From an uncultured Solirubrobacterales bacterium (GTDB taxonomy: Bacteria; Actinomycetota; Thermoleophilia; Solirubrobacterales; Solirubrobacteraceae), in NCBI GenBank assembly GCA_963698875.1, contig CAVOSI010000002.1, positions 2,164,846-2,228,845 on the forward strand: a stretch of 64,000 nucleotides of DNA. The letters are read 5' to 3'. The first letter of the stretch is position 1, and every line of letters begins with the position of its first letter. The notes beneath the pieces are model-generated. The model did no database searches. It was given only the letters and a program-made list of their open reading frames with translations, and was not told the DNA's origin. Shown one piece after another: positions 60,848 through 64,000 of the stretch. Both the position numbers and the translations under genes were made by a program.

Positions 60848-61843
60848 GTGGACGGACTCGACGCGATCATGCGTCGTGGTGGTGAGGGGCTGCGCGCGCG
60901 CATGGTGCGCACCGAGCGCCACCTAGAGCGGGTCACTGCCGATGCCGGCTCCCCGCTTGCAGGGCACGCCAACGCCACGGTCACCGCCGGCGGCAAGCGA
61001 CTGCGTCCGCTGTTGGTTGTGCTCGCGGCGGAGTCGGCCGGAGGTCCGCCCGATACGCAGGACGGGGAGGAGCGACTGATAAGGGCTGCCGTAGCGGTTG
61101 AGCTCGTGCATTCCGCGACGCTCGTGCACGACGATCTGATCGACGGTGCTCTGCTGCGTCGCGGGCACCCCACCGTCGCGGCGACCGCCGGGCGCCAGGT
61201 TGCGGTGGCAACGGGTGATTTGCTGTTCTCGCGGGCCTTTGCGGAGCTTGCCCGCAACGAGGACCCAGCGCAGCTGCGAGCGCTATCGGAGGCGAGCTCG
61301 GCGCTCGCCGAAGGTGAGCTCTTGCAGCGCGAGGACGCATATGCAGCGCACGTCGCGGTCGAGCGCTACCTCAGACGCTGTGAGCTGAAGACTGCCGCAC
61401 TGTTCGAGGCCGCCTGTCGGCTCGGCGCGCTGACCGCGGCGGAAGGCTCGGCCGCGCTCGCCGAGGCGCTCGGTGCGTTTGCGCGGCGGATTGGGCTGGC
61501 CTTTCAGATGCTCGACGACATCCTCGACGTGTCCGGGCCGGTCGAGCGCACCGGCAAGGCACGCGGCACCGATCTGCTGGATGGCACCGTCACGCTGCCG
61601 TTTATCCTTGCGCGCGTGCGCGAGCCGGAGCTCGCGGCCTTCGATCTTGCCTCACTCGGCGGCCCCGAGCAGGCGGAGGCGCTGTGCGAGCGGATTGCCG
61701 CGACCGGCGCTCTCGCCGAGGCGCGCGAGCAGGCGCTCGGAATTGTCGCCGAGGCCAAGAGCGCCTTGCCGGCGGTGCTCCCAGACGGTCGTTCGGTGTT
61801 GCTCGAGCTGGTTGCTGACGCGGTGGTCGAGCGCTATCGCTAA
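60848..61843 (+). CDS. Polyprenyl diphosphate synthase (HepT-like)
   Basis: GGKRLRP, LVHDDLID..LRRG, KTAALF and FQMLDDILD. Confidence 0.92.
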   Translation: MDGLDAIMRRGGEGLRARMVRTERHLERVTADAGSPLAGHANATVTAGGKRLRPLLVVLAAESAGGPPDTQDGEERLIRAAVAVELVHSATLVHDDLIDGALLRRGHPTVAATAGRQVAVATGDLLFSRAFAELARNEDPAQLRALSEASSALAEGELLQREDAYAAHVAVERYLRRCELKTAALFEAACRLGALTAAEGSAALAEALGAFARRIGLAFQMLDDILDVSGPVERTGKARGTDLLDGTVTLPFILARVREPELAAFDLASLGGPEQAEALCERIAATGALAEAREQALGIVAEAKSALPAVLPDGRSVLLELVADAVVERYR

Positions 61844-61846
61844 GGC

Positions 61847-62266
61847 TTAGAAGTCGCCCGGCGTGATCAGGTCGGCGTCGAGCGCGCGTACGAAGAACTC
61901 GACTTCCTCAGACATGTTCGCGTGGGTCATGCGCCGCAGATCGCCGAGCAGAGCGCTCGAGCCACGGTCGAGCTCATCGTCGAGGTGTTCCACGGCGGCC
62001 TGCTCGAAAACGCCCTCGCGCCGCGACTCGCACTCGGGGCAGCGCAGCACGACGCGCCAGTGGCGGGGACCCTCCTCTGACCAATCGAGCGGATAGACGA
62101 GCTCGCCGGAGCAGTGGAAGCAGATGTGCAGGTGCTCGGGCGAGCAGCTCGTGTCCGGCGTCGCGCCGACGCCGTAGACGACCTCGATCTGTTCTCCACC
62201 GGGGAGCGGCTGCGCGGGCTGAATATGGGGGTCTTTCTCGGTGTCCATCTGATCTGCAGCTGTCAT
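61847..62266 (-). CDS. Hypothetical Zn-ribbon protein
   Basis: CFHC...CPEC. Confidence 0.7.
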   Translation of the reverse strand: MTAADQMDTEKDPHIQPAQPLPGGEQIEVVYGVGATPDTSCSPEHLHICFHCSGELVYPLDWSEEGPRHWRVVLRCPECESRREGVFEQAAVEHLDDELDRGSSALLGDLRRMTHANMSEEVEFFVRALDADLITPGDF

Positions 62267-62391
62267 CGACGCTGGAAGGCGGCGGCTTTAGCGAGATACG
62301 GGGGCGCTCTTCGGATAGACCGTGCGTGTAACTACGCAAAGCGGCTCAGCGCTCCGCATGCGTCTCGAGCGCCACGCGCGGTGCTAGGTTC

Positions 62392-63474
62392 ATGCCCCCA
62401 ATGGTCCGCGCGCCCCGCACGATCGACCACGAAGAGCGGCTCAGCCTCGTGGACCATCTCGACGAGCTGCGCGCCCGCTTGATCGTCAGCGGTGCGGTGC
62501 TTGCGGTGGTCTTCGGCATCTGCATGTGGCAGAACCACCTGCTGCTGGAAATCGTCAACGAACCGCTCAAGAGTCAGACCAAGAAGCAGGTTGCCAAGGG
62601 CCAGGGCACCGTCGGTGAGGCGGTGCTGGCTCAGAAAGGCCTGCTGAAGATCGCCACCGACACGCAGGCCGCTCTCAGTGCCTTGAGCGAACCGGGTAGC
62701 GGTATCTCGGCAAAGACACGGGCGCAACTGAGCCCGCTGCTGGCGACGCTACGAGCCGACACCAAGCGCCTGCCGCGCGGCTCTCCGGGCGATAACCCCG
62801 TGACGTTGGGAGTCGGCGAGCCGTTCACGACGACGATCACGGTGACGCTCTACTTCGCGCTGATCATCTCGCTGCCGGTGATCCTCTATGAGCTCTACGG
62901 GTTCATCATGCCCGCGTTGCTGCCCAGTGAGAGACGCGCGGCGGCGCCGCTGCTGACGGCCGTCCCGTTCCTGTTTGTGGCGGGCGTCCTGTTCGGGTAC
63001 TTCGTAGTCCTGCCGGCGGCGGTGCGCTTCTTCGTGAACTTCAACTCAGGTCAGTTCAATGTGCTTGTACAAGCGAGCCAGTTCTACGGCTTCGCAGCCA
63101 CAGTGCTGCTGGCGATGGGTCTGGTCTTCCAAGTGCCTGTCCTGATCCTGGGCGCCACGCGCGTCGGATTGGTCACGCCGAAGCAGCTGCGCAAGAACCG
63201 CCGTTACGCGCTTTTGGCCTGTGCGATCGTGGCCGCGCTGCTGCCGGGCGACGTGATCACGCTGGTGCTCGAGACGGTTCCGCTGTATGTGCTCTATGAG
63301 GCGAGTATCCTGTTGGCAAGGTTCGTCAAACCGCCCGACAGCGGTGTAGGCGATCTGCAGGGCAAGGAGACCCATACCGGCCGCGGCTCCCCCGAGGAGC
63401 AGCCGCAAAACGGCGAGCCGGATCTAGTTGTGCAGCAGATGATCGACCACGTAGACCCCAAACTCTCAGACTGA
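62392..63474 (+). CDS. tatC: Twin-arginine translocase subunit TatC
   Basis: DHLDELRARL, EPF, FIMPAL, GLVFQVP and LYEASI. Confidence 0.93.
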   Translation: MPPMVRAPRTIDHEERLSLVDHLDELRARLIVSGAVLAVVFGICMWQNHLLLEIVNEPLKSQTKKQVAKGQGTVGEAVLAQKGLLKIATDTQAALSALSEPGSGISAKTRAQLSPLLATLRADTKRLPRGSPGDNPVTLGVGEPFTTTITVTLYFALIISLPVILYELYGFIMPALLPSERRAAAPLLTAVPFLFVAGVLFGYFVVLPAAVRFFVNFNSGQFNVLVQASQFYGFAATVLLAMGLVFQVPVLILGATRVGLVTPKQLRKNRRYALLACAIVAALLPGDVITLVLETVPLYVLYEASILLARFVKPPDSGVGDLQGKETHTGRGSPEEQPQNGEPDLVVQQMIDHVDPKLSD

Positions 63475-64000
63475 TGCTCTTCGACCTGCGAGGACGGGGC
63501 CGTCGCCGGACGGTTCGCGTGATCTACGTCGGCCTGGCGCTGCTGATGGGCGTCGGCCTCGTCGGCTTCGGTATCGGCGGCGGCTTCGGCGGCGGTGGCC
63601 TGCTAAACGCGGCGAGCAACAACGAAGGCTCGAATGCGGCGAGCTTCTCGAACCAGATCAAGAAGTACAGCAAGATCGTCCACCGCGAACCAAAAAACCT
63701 CGTCGCCTGGGAAAAGCTCACCGAAGCGCAGCTACATGAAGCCGGCGGGGAAGCTTACGTAACGAGCACGGGGCTCACGGGCAAGGGCAAAGAACTCTTC
63801 CACCAGGCGGCACAGTCGTGGACCAGCTATCTGGCGCTGAACCCGCCCAAGCCGAGCTCAAAGCTCGCTCAACTGATGCTGCCGATCTACAGCGAAGGTG
63901 GCCTCAACCAGCCCACGGAAGCGGTGCAGGTACTGCAGATCGTAGTTGCGGCCAAGCCCAAAAGCGCTGCGCTCTATGCCTCGCTGGCGCAGTACGCCTA
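63474..64000 (+). CDS. Membrane-anchored TPR-like protein (runs off the right edge)
   Basis: ATG overlaps the tatC stop; MLFDLRGRGRRRTVRVIYVGLALLMG followed by helical repeats. Confidence 0.75.
   Translation, partial: MLFDLRGRGRRRTVRVIYVGLALLMGVGLVGFGIGGGFGGGGLLNAASNNEGSNAASFSNQIKKYSKIVHREPKNLVAWEKLTEAQLHEAGGEAYVTSTGLTGKGKELFHQAAQSWTSYLALNPPKPSSKLAQLMLPIYSEGGLNQPTEAVQVLQIVVAAKPKSAALYASLAQYA

Noticed and set aside
1-64000. CRISPR array
   Set aside because: No regularly spaced direct repeats with unique spacers were noticed by eye; a repeat finder was not run.

Overview
High-GC actinobacterial DNA whose gene content and order suggest Thermoleophilia/Solirubrobacterales (inference). Bases 1 to ~16.3 kb are the right-hand part of an integrative element. 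It has a tyrosine integrase running off the left edge, an excisionase-like HTH gene, a rolling-circle Rep-like gene and XRE regulators, and it ends at a displaced 3' half of tRNA-Ile(GAT) (16250-16293, att site). No capsid or conjugation genes are visible. The cargo looks defence-related. (i) A co-oriented PD-(D/E)XK nuclease / non-retron, non-intron reverse transcriptase (FNDD motif, helical C-terminus) / HEPN RNase triplet is the best candidate for an undescribed system. (ii) There is also an ImmA/IrrE peptidase / SAMHD1-like HD dNTPase / nucleoside deoxyribosyltransferase block. Bases 16.3-18.1 kb hold older debris: an MNT-HEPN toxin-antitoxin pair, an XRE gene and an IS630 remnant. The rest is core-like chromosome: amine and glycerol metabolism, an amino-acid ABC transporter, a GGDEF-EAL protein, cell-wall hydrolases with a c-di-AMP riboswitch, ddl, hemB-ahbAB-hemL, qcrABC, menG, a polyprenyl synthase and tatC. 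Many genes carry single-base frameshifts, densest at ~28.7-41.3 kb and including housekeeping genes, which points to sequencing or assembly indels. All assignments come from manual motif recognition, not database searches.
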